Source: Actinomycetota bacterium
GTDB lineage: Bacteria; Actinomycetota; UBA4738; CALAEC01
Length of the DNA: 38,729 nucleotides
Direction of reading: 5' to 3'
NCBI GenBank assembly: GCA_050693165.1
Contig: JBOGVX010000231.1
Span: forward strand, 1-38,729
Below the pieces are notes generated by a model. It saw nothing but the letters and a program-made list of their open reading frames with translations, made no database searches and was not told where the DNA came from. Shown piece after piece: positions 28,814 to 36,435 of the stretch (position 1 is its first letter; every line of letters starts with the position of its first letter). Made by a program: the position numbers and the translations under genes.

Positions 28814-29281
28814 TCAGTCGGCGGGGGTGAAGCCTCTCAGGTCGAGGATCGAGCCGGTGCGCTTGCCCTTCGGGTGGAACGCGGGCTTGACGCGCTGGCC
28901 GATCATCAGGTGGTCCGAGTCCACGAGGAAGTGGAGCAGGACCGTGTCGGCGCCGTCGAGCCTGACGAGGGCGACGGTGACGGGCTCATCCAGGACCTCT
29001 CCTTCTAGCCCGGTGTAGCCGACGGAGAAGGACTCGACGGTGCCCTCGGAACCGACCTCGACGTCGGCCTCCAGAGGACCATCGAAGCAGCGTTCGCAGA
29101 ACAGGCGCGGCGGGCAGTAGGTGATCCCACAGCTGCCGCACCTCGAGGCCACGAACTTGGCCTGGTCGCGCAGGGCCTTGAAGAACACCTCACCGGCAAC
29201 GCCGGGCGTGTACCTGTGCCGGATCGGCACCTGTCCCTCGACGAGGATGACGTCTTTCGGATCGGAGATCTTCTCGAACAT
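28814..29281 (-). CDS. DUF35 family protein (rubredoxin-like Zn ribbon + OB fold)
   Basis: 155 aa. CGSCGITYCPPRLFCERCF is followed by an OB-like part (GTVESFSV...VALVRLDG...GQRVKPAF). The ATG immediately follows the upstream TAG. Confidence 0.85.
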   Translation of the reverse strand: MFEKISDPKDVILVEGQVPIRHRYTPGVAGEVFFKALRDQAKFVASRCGSCGITYCPPRLFCERCFDGPLEADVEVGSEGTVESFSVGYTGLEGEVLDEPVTVALVRLDGADTVLLHFLVDSDHLMIGQRVKPAFHPKGKRTGSILDLRGFTPAD

Positions 29282-29932
29282 CTAGGCCCCTCCCACCGAG
29301 GACCTGCGCCTGGTCGCGGACGTCTTCTTGCGTCCCGTAGCGCTCTTGGCGCCCTTGCGCGCGGAGGCGTCACGCGGCCGGAAGTACTGAATGTCGAGGA
29401 TCGAGCCCTCGCGCTCCCCCTCGGGCTTCCAAACCGCCTCGACCTCGAGCCCCACGCGGACGTCGTCCGGCCGGACCTCTCCGAGCTTGTGCATGAACCC
29501 CATGCCGGGCGTCGCGCCGTCGATGTCGAGCACGAACGGGATCTCCGGGTCCTTGAGAGGAACCATGTCCCAGCGGATGTAGCAGATGGAGAAGGTGTTC
29601 ACGGTGCCGGTGTCCTCGACCTCGATCCAGCGGTCGGTGGGTCGGAAGCACTCCTCGCAGAACATCCGGGGCGGCACGAGTATGCGGCGGCAATTCCTGC
29701 ACTCCCTGCCGAGGATCACGCCGCGCTTCAGGCCCCGGAGGTACTCGCCGACCGCGATGCCCGCGTCCCACGCGTAACGGGCGTCGACGGCGAAGTCGAC
29801 GGCGCCCACAGCCTCACGGAACTCCTTCTCGCGCAGATACCGAGGTCCCAGGAAGCTCGTCGGGGGTGAGGGGACCTCGACCGAACGGAGCTTGCCCGTG
29901 CCTCGCGTCTTGTTGCGCCTTGCCGGAGTCAC
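29282..29932 (-). CDS. DUF35 family protein (Zn ribbon + OB fold) with basic N- and C-terminal extensions
   Basis: CRNCRRILVPPRMFCEECF, then GTVNTFSICY...FVLDIDG...GLEVEAVWKP. The GTG start overlaps the upstream stop (GTGA). Confidence 0.8.
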   Translation of the reverse strand: MTPARRNKTRGTGKLRSVEVPSPPTSFLGPRYLREKEFREAVGAVDFAVDARYAWDAGIAVGEYLRGLKRGVILGRECRNCRRILVPPRMFCEECFRPTDRWIEVEDTGTVNTFSICYIRWDMVPLKDPEIPFVLDIDGATPGMGFMHKLGEVRPDDVRVGLEVEAVWKPEGEREGSILDIQYFRPRDASARKGAKSATGRKKTSATRRRSSVGGA

Positions 29933-31092
29933 TTGCCCATCACCACCACGGTGCCGACCTGCATGAGGTCACCCCAGGCCTGCGCGACACCCTTGCGCGG
30001 GTCGCCCGGTACCTGGCGCTTGCCGGCCTGGCCCGAGAGCTGCCAGTAGAGCTCGGCGATCTTCATAAGCCCTGCGGCGGCGATCGGGTTCCCGACGCCT
30101 AGCAGCCCCCCCGACGGACACGACGGCAGATCGCCGTCACGGTTCAGCACCCCGTCCCGGGCGGCCTCCGGCGCCTTGCCCTTGTCGAACAGGAGCAGGC
30201 CCTCGAGGTGATGCAGCTCCTTGTAATCGAACGGGTCGTACGGCTCGGCGATGTGGATCTCCTTGCGTGGCTCGCGGATACCGGCCATCTCGTACGCCAT
30301 GCGCGCGGCGTACTCGACGTAACGCGGGTAGTAGAGGTCGCGGTTCGTCCAGTACGCGGTGTCGAGGTGCCAGCCGACGCCGTCGATCCACACAGGCTTG
30401 TCGGTGACGCGCTTGGCCACGTGCTCCGCGGTGAGTACCACTGCGACGGCGCCGTCGGTGACGGGAGATACGTCGAGGCGCTGCACCGGCCATGCGAGCA
30501 CCTCCGAAGCAAGGATGTCCTCGACCGTGATGTCGGCCTCGCCGAGCAGCGCTGCCGGATGGTCGGCGGCATTGCGCTTGTTCTTAACGGCCACCTGCGC
30601 GATGTCTCGCTTCTCCAGGCCGTGCACGGTCATGTACCGGTTCATCTCGAGCGCGAAGATCCAGAGCAGGTTCGGCCCGAGCGGACGCTCCAGGATGCTG
30701 TCGAAGATCGTTATGAACGCGCCCTGCGCGTGGGGCTGCGTCGAGGACATCTTCTCCTCGCACACGACGAGACACGTGTCGAACATCCCGCTGGCGATCA
30801 GGTACCAGCCGTGGATCGCCGCGAACACTCCCGTGCCGCCGCCGACGTAGGTCCGGAAGTACGGCTTGCCGAAGGCGCCCGCGCCGTCCGAGAGGTACTC
30901 GCCCTTCATGTGTACGCCGTCGAATGCGTCCGGGGCCGTGCCCATCGCCACGCAGTCGATGTCGTCGAGCGTCATCTCGGCAGAGTCGAGCGCCGCCTTC
31001 GCCGCCTGCCACGACAGCTCCTTGCCGGTCTCCTGGGCGCGCCGGACGAACTTCGTCATCCCCGCGCCGACGGCCGCCACTCGCTGGCCCAT
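29929..31092 (-). CDS. thiolase-fold protein (SCP-x/Ltp-like), catalytic Cys and His apparently absent
   Basis: ATG at 31092 follows GGAGGG and overlaps the VOC stop (TGATG); the track start is a GTG at 31101. It shows thiolase-like N-terminal (RVAAVGAGMTKF) and C-terminal (SGGLLGVGNPIAAAG) blocks. The nucleophile loop reads YVGGGTGVFAAIHGWYLIASG. Confidence 0.85.
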   Translation of the reverse strand: MGQRVAAVGAGMTKFVRRAQETGKELSWQAAKAALDSAEMTLDDIDCVAMGTAPDAFDGVHMKGEYLSDGAGAFGKPYFRTYVGGGTGVFAAIHGWYLIASGMFDTCLVVCEEKMSSTQPHAQGAFITIFDSILERPLGPNLLWIFALEMNRYMTVHGLEKRDIAQVAVKNKRNAADHPAALLGEADITVEDILASEVLAWPVQRLDVSPVTDGAVAVVLTAEHVAKRVTDKPVWIDGVGWHLDTAYWTNRDLYYPRYVEYAARMAYEMAGIREPRKEIHIAEPYDPFDYKELHHLEGLLLFDKGKAPEAARDGVLNRDGDLPSCPSGGLLGVGNPIAAAGLMKIAELYWQLSGQAGKRQVPGDPRKGVAQAWGDLMQVGTVVVMGK

Positions 31093-31463
31093 CAGGCCCA
31101 CCCTCCATCGGTTTGCTGGTATTCGATGATCTGGAGCGTGTTGCCGTCGGGGTCTCTGAAAGTCGCATAGCGCGCCGACTCGCCGATCTCGCCGACGTGA
31201 TCGAGCTCGACCCCACGGCCTTCCAGCTCGGTCCTCGTCCTGTCGAGATCTTTCACCTCGAACGAGACGGTCGCGCCTCCCGTCTGCACGGGCCGGGCGT
31301 CGACGGCACCGTGGAGCGCGAAGTGGATCGCGCCGCCGTCGATCTCGGTCCAGTTCGAGCCCTCTCGCCGCTTGATGGTCAGACCCAGGGTTCCCTCATA
31401 GAACTTCACCGCCCGGTCCATGTCCGACACCCAGTAGTACACGTGGTCGATGGGCCCGAGCAT
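31092..31463 (-). CDS. VOC (glyoxalase/bleomycin-resistance/dioxygenase) family protein
   Basis: The internal ATG at 31463 overlaps the upstream stop by 1 nt. It gives MLGPIDHVYYWVSDMDRAVKFYEGTLGL ... ATFRDPDGNTLQIIE, the VOC beta-alpha-beta-beta-beta pattern. The 46 upstream codons of the track ORF are Arg-rich junk. Confidence 0.8.
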   Translation of the reverse strand: MLGPIDHVYYWVSDMDRAVKFYEGTLGLTIKRREGSNWTEIDGGAIHFALHGAVDARPVQTGGATVSFEVKDLDRTRTELEGRGVELDHVGEIGESARYATFRDPDGNTLQIIEYQQTDGGWA

Positions 31464-32629
31464 CAGGCGGCCGCCTCGTCGCTCGCGTAGATGGCCACGG
31501 CCGCGGTCGTGGTGGGGATCCCGCGCCAGGACTGCGCCAGAGCGACCCCTGCGTCGCGTATCTGCCGCTCGCCGGCCTCGCCTCGGAGCTGAAGCACGCA
31601 CTCGAGCGTGCGCGCCAGGCCGTTCGCCTCGAACAGGTAGCCCTGGCCGAGCGATCCCCCGGACACGTTCACGGGCAGCTCACCCTCCTTGCCCCAGTAA
31701 CCGTCCTCGAGCATCCCGCCGGCCTCGCCGGGCCTGGCGAGCCGGAGGGCCTCGAGGTGCATCAGCTCGCGGTAGGAGTACGTGTCGTCTACCTCGGCGA
31801 AATCGATGTCCCGGGTCGGCGAACCGAGCCTGGCCATGTCGTACGCGCGATCGGCCGCCTGCCGCACGTAGTCCGCCTCTTCCCAGCTGCGGCTCTCGAG
31901 CGTCGGCGTTCCCGAGGACCATCCGGCGCCGACGACCCACACCGGGGCATCGGTCAGGTCCCGCGCGCGATCCGAGTCGGCGAGCACCAGCACCACGCAT
32001 CCGTCGGCGCGACTGGCGATGTCCAGGCCGCGCAGGGGCCACCACTTAGGGTCGGATGCCCCGACATCGGCGGCCGATACATCCGCGGGGTACGCGGCGA
32101 TCGGGTTGTCGAGCGCGTTCCGGCGGTTCTTCTCCACGACCCGGGCGCACTGCTCCTCGGAAGTGCCCGTCGCGTCCAGGTAGCGGTTCATCTCGAGCCC
32201 CGCGATGGCGATCGGCGGAACGTCGAGAGGCCGGTTGTAGACGGGGTCGAGCGCGAACTGATGGATGTGGTCGAGCGTGAGGATATCCGAGGCCTTGGAG
32301 TGGCCCTCCACGGCCACCACCGAGGCGTTCCCGGAGCGGATCAGCATCATGGCGGTGGCGATCCCGAACAGGCCATCCGCCGAGACCGTGTGGACCGGCC
32401 TAAGGGCGCCCCCGATCTGGTCGGGGACGTACTCGTCGAAGATCGAGGTCCCCTCCCACAGGTCCTCGGCCACGGTCACGAAGGAGTCCACGTCCCTGCG
32501 AGGGTTGATCCCGGCGTCGTCGTAGGCCCGTGTGGCGGCCTCGAAGGTGAGCTCCTTGTAGGAGAGCCCGGCGGTGATGGGCGCATAACCCGCGTGGCCC
32601 ACCCCGACGATAGCGACCCGGTCCCCCAT
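31463..32629 (-). CDS. thiolase-fold protein (SCP-x/Ltp-like), catalytic Cys and His apparently replaced (Ser, Tyr)
   Basis: ATG at 32629 (MGDRVAIVGVGHAGYAP) is the typical N-terminus; the track start is 32770. The nucleophile loop reads HTVSADGLFGIATAMMLIRSG. The C-terminal block reads VNVSGGSLGQGYLFEANG. Confidence 0.85.
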   Translation of the reverse strand: MGDRVAIVGVGHAGYAPITAGLSYKELTFEAATRAYDDAGINPRRDVDSFVTVAEDLWEGTSIFDEYVPDQIGGALRPVHTVSADGLFGIATAMMLIRSGNASVVAVEGHSKASDILTLDHIHQFALDPVYNRPLDVPPIAIAGLEMNRYLDATGTSEEQCARVVEKNRRNALDNPIAAYPADVSAADVGASDPKWWPLRGLDIASRADGCVVLVLADSDRARDLTDAPVWVVGAGWSSGTPTLESRSWEEADYVRQAADRAYDMARLGSPTRDIDFAEVDDTYSYRELMHLEALRLARPGEAGGMLEDGYWGKEGELPVNVSGGSLGQGYLFEANGLARTLECVLQLRGEAGERQIRDAGVALAQSWRGIPTTTAAVAIYASDEAAA

Positions 32630-32699
32630 GAGCGCGCGGAGTCTAGCAAAGGAGAAGGGGCGGCCCGCAGGCCTCACCTTCGATGAGCCCTGGTCCCGG

Positions 32700-33518
32700 C
32701 TAGCCGACCGAGGCGGGAACGGTGTAAGTGACGATCGCGCCGAAGATTCCCGTGTCGGTACCCATGTCACAGCTCAGCGAGTAGCCAAAGCCGCTGTTCG
32801 AGATCACCGCGTTTGCTCCGATGATCGCGCCGATGACCGTCACCGGGCCCGCGTCGGCCGTCGCTGCTGGCGGGGTGTTCACCGTGTCCTCGATCGTGAG
32901 CGGGATGGTCAGGTCGGTACGGGTCAAGGCACAGGCCATGACGTTACCGCCCCCAGCCGGGTCGTTCACGGTGAACGAGACCCCTGAGACTGTCGCGCCG
33001 TTCGGAAGGTCGATCGCGCAGCGGAACGTGTTAGCGACAGATGCGATCCGCTCCCCGGTGACAGTCGTGTAAGCGGACGTGCTCGATAGGGGGTCGAAGC
33101 CCGACCCCGGACAGCTTGCAGTTCCCGCGAGCGTCGACGTGCCCAGCAGGAACGCGGTGGAGTCGATGTTGTCGAGCTTGTCGGCGTCTGCTGCCTTGCC
33201 AGCGACGGGAAGGAACCCGGTCGAGTTGATGCCGTCCAGTAGGTTCGCATCAGCAGCCTTCCCGGCCGCCGAGAGAAAGCCCGTCGAGTCGACACCGTCC
33301 AGCAGGTTGGAATCCGAGGCCTTCTCGCTCGAGTTGATGAAACGGTTGTCCGCCTCCGACTCCGTGTAGAAGAAGTTGACGAGATGCTTATTGACCAGGT
33401 GGGTGACATTCCCCCTCGTGTGAGCCACCGCGGGGCCGCTCAACAGGCTTCCCGCGGCTATCCCCGCCAGGATCAGGACTGCCGCTCTCGCTCGCGCCGA
33501 AGTAACGAGTCTGCTCAT
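32700..33518 (-). CDS. exported repeat protein (signal peptide, 3 x 21-aa tandem repeats, Cys-containing C-terminal beta domain)
   Basis: ATG at 33518 follows GGGAGG. Signal peptide MSRLVTSARARAAVLILAGIAAGSLLSGPAVA. The repeats are KASDSNLLDGVDSTGFLSAAG, KAADANLLDGINSTGFLPVAG and KAADADKLDNIDSTAFLLGTS. No family recognised. Confidence 0.65.
   Translation of the reverse strand: MSRLVTSARARAAVLILAGIAAGSLLSGPAVAHTRGNVTHLVNKHLVNFFYTESEADNRFINSSEKASDSNLLDGVDSTGFLSAAGKAADANLLDGINSTGFLPVAGKAADADKLDNIDSTAFLLGTSTLAGTASCPGSGFDPLSSTSAYTTVTGERIASVANTFRCAIDLPNGATVSGVSFTVNDPAGGGNVMACALTRTDLTIPLTIEDTVNTPPAATADAGPVTVIGAIIGANAVISNSGFGYSLSCDMGTDTGIFGAIVTYTVPASVG
33135..33323 (-). repeat. 3 x 63-bp in-frame tandem repeat inside the 32700..33518 CDS
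   Basis: Unit boundaries were computed from the ORF frame, with K codons at 33323, 33260 and 33197. Nucleotide similarity between units is visible directly. Confidence 0.8.
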
Positions 33519-33637
33519 ACCGAACCTCCCTTCGCCCGTCCAGGGGACGAGCATTGGCCATCTGGAGGCGACGCTAGACCCCTGAGGGAGAACCCACAAT
33601 GGTCATTTCGGACTAGTCAGTCCGCAGCCCGACATGA

Positions 33638-33667
33638 GAAAGGGACGGCCCGAAGGCCGCCCCTTTC
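33638..33667 (-). terminator. stem-loop downstream of the 33686..34231 gene (probable intrinsic terminator)
   Basis: GAAAGGGACGGCC-cgaa-GGCCGCCCCTTTC forms a 13-bp stem with one mismatch. On the coding strand it is followed by ...CCCTTTCTCAT. A second short hairpin (33671-33686) abuts the stop codon. Confidence 0.55.
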
Positions 33668-33685
33668 GTCAGGAAGTGGACTTCC

Positions 33686-34231
33686 TCAGCGTGTAACGAC
33701 CGTGAAGTTCACCTCTGGCTTCGAAACATCCGGTGCCCATTCCGCGTCGGTCGTCTTGGCCGTTGACCCGGGGGTGAAGTTCCCGAATCCCGAACCGCCG
33801 CCGCAGACCACATAGACGCGGAAGGTGGTCCCCCCCGCGATGTTCTCCATGCCCACCGTCCAGCCGGTGCTTCCGGCTCCTGGGGTCGCGCCGTTGGAGG
33901 GATATGTGTCCTCCATCTCCCAGTTCTCCGTAAGCGGGCTGTTGCTGGAAGCGCCGCCACCGGTAGCCACCCCTCCGGCCGGGCAGGCGATCGAAGCGAG
34001 CGAGAAGCCACCGGGCGGGACCGCGATCGGGTCGGACCGGGTCGTGATGATGGGCTGCTGCAGGAACAGTCCGAACGTCTGGTTGAACGCCTGGTTGACC
34101 TTCTGCTTCACGTAGCTGGTCGTCGCCAATCTCACGGCCAGAGCCGGGGACAAAAGCGCTACGGCCATCATGGTACCGGCGATGCCGATGACCACGGCTC
34201 CGCGTACCCAGCCCCTCTCGGAAGCCTTCAT
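33686..34231 (-). CDS. small exported/membrane-anchored hypothetical protein
   Basis: ATG at 34231 follows GAGGAGGAAGG. The N-terminal anchor is WVRGAVVIGIAGTMMAVALLSPALA. A short helix (TSYVKQKVNQAFNQTF) is followed by a Gly-rich beta domain with two Cys (IACPAGGVATGGG ... VYVVCGGG). Confidence 0.6.
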   Translation of the reverse strand: MKASERGWVRGAVVIGIAGTMMAVALLSPALAVRLATTSYVKQKVNQAFNQTFGLFLQQPIITTRSDPIAVPPGGFSLASIACPAGGVATGGGASSNSPLTENWEMEDTYPSNGATPGAGSTGWTVGMENIAGGTTFRVYVVCGGGSGFGNFTPGSTAKTTDAEWAPDVSKPEVNFTVVTR

Positions 34232-34324
34232 GGACCTTCCTCCTCTCGTAGCCCGCCCGGGCACAGGGGGGGATGGTTTCACGCGCCAGAAATCTCTGTC
34301 AAACCGGTCGAGGCTCGGGGCGCG

Positions 34325-35701
34325 TCAGCGGCGGCGGTGTTTGTGCTTCTTGCTCGGCGAGATGACCTCGGAACAGACGTTCAGGTCGTCCGCGTACCCC
34401 TCGGGCGAGAAGGCGATGTAGCGTCCATTCAGATCTCGCACCCTGGCCGAGTAGGCCCCAGAGACATCCGTGGTGACGATCTTCAGCAGGAAGATCTCGC
34501 CGCGGAAGATCCTGAAGACCCCGACGGGGGCGCCTCCCGCGCAGGCCGCGAATCCGTCCGGGGCCGACATCTGGCCTCGGATGAGCAGATGGCCGGCGGT
34601 GCGGAGGCTGAGCGCCATGCCGTGGATCTGTCCGACGAGCGGAGCCGGCGGCAGCTCGGGCGGGAGCGGTCCTGGTGTCGTGGAAACGGAAGCCGAGTTG
34701 TAGAGGTTGGCCGCGACGTCGCCGAAGTAGGGCCCGAACAGGACCTCGGGAACCTCCTCGAACCCGTAGCTGTTGAGCCCGTTCAGATACTGGTCCCGGA
34801 TGATCCATCCTCCCCCGCTGGAGCCCGCTTCCATGTCACAGCCGATCGCCGTCGTTCGAGGTGGCGAGGTAAGGACGAATGGGTCTTCCAGCCCGTACTG
34901 AGAGTCGCAGACGAAGAGGCTCTCGCCGTCGAACGGGGGCGAGGCCGGATAGCCGAACGCATCGAACTGGAGGTTGCGCGCCACGTTCCAGGCGATCCCT
35001 CGGCCCCCGACGACATCCTCCAGACGCATGCTGTTCTGGTCTTCCATCACGATGAGTGCCGCCATGTCGTACGAGGGCGACTGGAGCTGGACCCAGCCGG
35101 TCGGCATCCACGCTTCCGTGGCGGGCCACTCGCCGTAGGGGGCGTTGCCGTTCGCGTAGCCGGGGACGAACTCGACGCTCGACGAAAGCCCGCCCTCCTC
35201 GACCAGATAGACGCAGTGCCCGGCGGTCCACACGACGCTTCGGTTCTGGCTCGAGACCGCAGTGGCCGAGCATGAATACGGGATCCCGTTGCGGCTGATG
35301 CCGAACAGCCTTCCGTTGGTCCTGAAGGGGAAGACGGACGGGTCGGTGATCTGGGTTCTCGTGTAAGGGATGGGCGCCCCGTCACCGCCTCCGAACTCCG
35401 CGACCGTCCTCGAGGACCGGCGGGTCGCGGTAGGTGGCGAGGCCGGCCGAACCCGAGTGGGCCCTCCCGGCCACGAAGGGGCCAGAAGGGAGTGGGGGCC
35501 GGACACCTCCAGAAGATCCATCGCCTCCGCGCTCCGCATCCTCTTGGGAGTCCAATACGAGCGAACCGCCCCGGGTTGGCCACCCAGATCCTGAGCCACG
35601 GCCTGGTCCAGCTCGGCTCGGGCGACTCCGGCGCTCGTCTGAGCGGGGGCAGCCAGGCCTAGCAAGAGCACCGCGAGCAGGGCCCGGCGGGCGAGCTTCA
35701 C
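34325..35701 (-). CDS. secreted trypsin-like serine protease (peptidase S1 family) with C-terminal beta domain and short polybasic tail
   Basis: The track ORF 34325..36088 overlaps the GNAT gene. The GTG at 35701 follows GGTGGAG and gives VKLARRALLAVLLLGLAAPAQTSA (signal). The triad blocks are WTAGHCV (His), SYDMAALIV (Asp) and DMEAGSSGGGW (Ser). The protein ends in SPSKKHKHRRR. Confidence 0.85.
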   Translation of the reverse strand: MKLARRALLAVLLLGLAAPAQTSAGVARAELDQAVAQDLGGQPGAVRSYWTPKRMRSAEAMDLLEVSGPHSLLAPSWPGGPTRVRPASPPTATRRSSRTVAEFGGGDGAPIPYTRTQITDPSVFPFRTNGRLFGISRNGIPYSCSATAVSSQNRSVVWTAGHCVYLVEEGGLSSSVEFVPGYANGNAPYGEWPATEAWMPTGWVQLQSPSYDMAALIVMEDQNSMRLEDVVGGRGIAWNVARNLQFDAFGYPASPPFDGESLFVCDSQYGLEDPFVLTSPPRTTAIGCDMEAGSSGGGWIIRDQYLNGLNSYGFEEVPEVLFGPYFGDVAANLYNSASVSTTPGPLPPELPPAPLVGQIHGMALSLRTAGHLLIRGQMSAPDGFAACAGGAPVGVFRIFRGEIFLLKIVTTDVSGAYSARVRDLNGRYIAFSPEGYADDLNVCSEVISPSKKHKHRRR

Positions 35702-35777
35702 CGACACTCCACCAACGAGCGGGAGCACCAAGCCATCATCGGCTGTGATCGGAGGGTGTGCAATAGGACGTTCGGCT

Positions 35778-36425
35778 TTATTTCGTGGCCTCGGTGGAGA
35801 GCCCCGCCTGGCGGACGAAGACGGGTGCGTCGCCACGTGCAACTGCCCGCAGGACCTCGTACATCGGTGAGCCGCGCAACTGGTCCGCGCGGGCCGGGAG
35901 GTCGAGCTCGAAGCGCAGGGTGCCGGGCGAATCGTGCTCGAGCTTCGCGCCGAGCCTCTGGAGCAGCTCGCGTATGGGGTGGTTATCTTCCAGCGCGTAG
36001 CCGCGGAACCGCTTGATCCGGTTCTCGAGCGCGACTGCGCCGAGGAACTCGAGCAGCAGCCGCCCAAGTCCGCGGCCGTGGTAGTCATCGATGACCGTCA
36101 CCGCCGCCTCGGCCACCTCGGGCTCGGTCGAGTCGCGCACGTATCGCGCCACGCCCATGCCCGGGGTCCCCGCCTCGTCCAGCGAGAACGCCATCCACGC
36201 GAAGCGGTCCAGATAGTCGACCTCGGTGAGCTCCTCCAGCTGCTCCTCGGAGAGCTCCGCGATCGGGGCCATGAACCGCCGGTATCGAGACTCCGGCGAC
36301 AGCCTGCGGAATCCCTCGACCAGCGCGGCCTTGTCCTCAGGTACGACCGGCCGCAGGCGAACCAGGCCCCCGTCGGGCAACGAGAGCTCGGTGGTGCGGC
36401 TCTTGATGAACTCCTCGTCGATCAC
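35778..36425 (-). CDS. GNAT family N-acetyltransferase (Pat-type protein acetyltransferase-like domain)
   Basis: 215 aa. LRPVVPEDKAALVEGFRRLSPESRYRRFMAP...LTEVDY..RFAWMAF...GVARYVRD...AEAAVTVIDDYHGRGLGRLLLEFL resembles the GNAT domain of Pat/PatZ-type lysine acetyltransferases. Confidence 0.85.
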   Translation of the reverse strand: MIDEEFIKSRTTELSLPDGGLVRLRPVVPEDKAALVEGFRRLSPESRYRRFMAPIAELSEEQLEELTEVDYLDRFAWMAFSLDEAGTPGMGVARYVRDSTEPEVAEAAVTVIDDYHGRGLGRLLLEFLGAVALENRIKRFRGYALEDNHPIRELLQRLGAKLEHDSPGTLRFELDLPARADQLRGSPMYEVLRAVARGDAPVFVRQAGLSTEATK

Positions 36426-36435
36426 GGAGCCATCC

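Noticed and set aside
32700-34231. A prophage remnant, suggested by the tail-fibre-like repeats.
   Set aside because: No integrase, terminase, capsid, tail tube, baseplate or lysis genes are present, and no att-like repeats are seen. The flanks are metabolic and envelope genes with the same composition.
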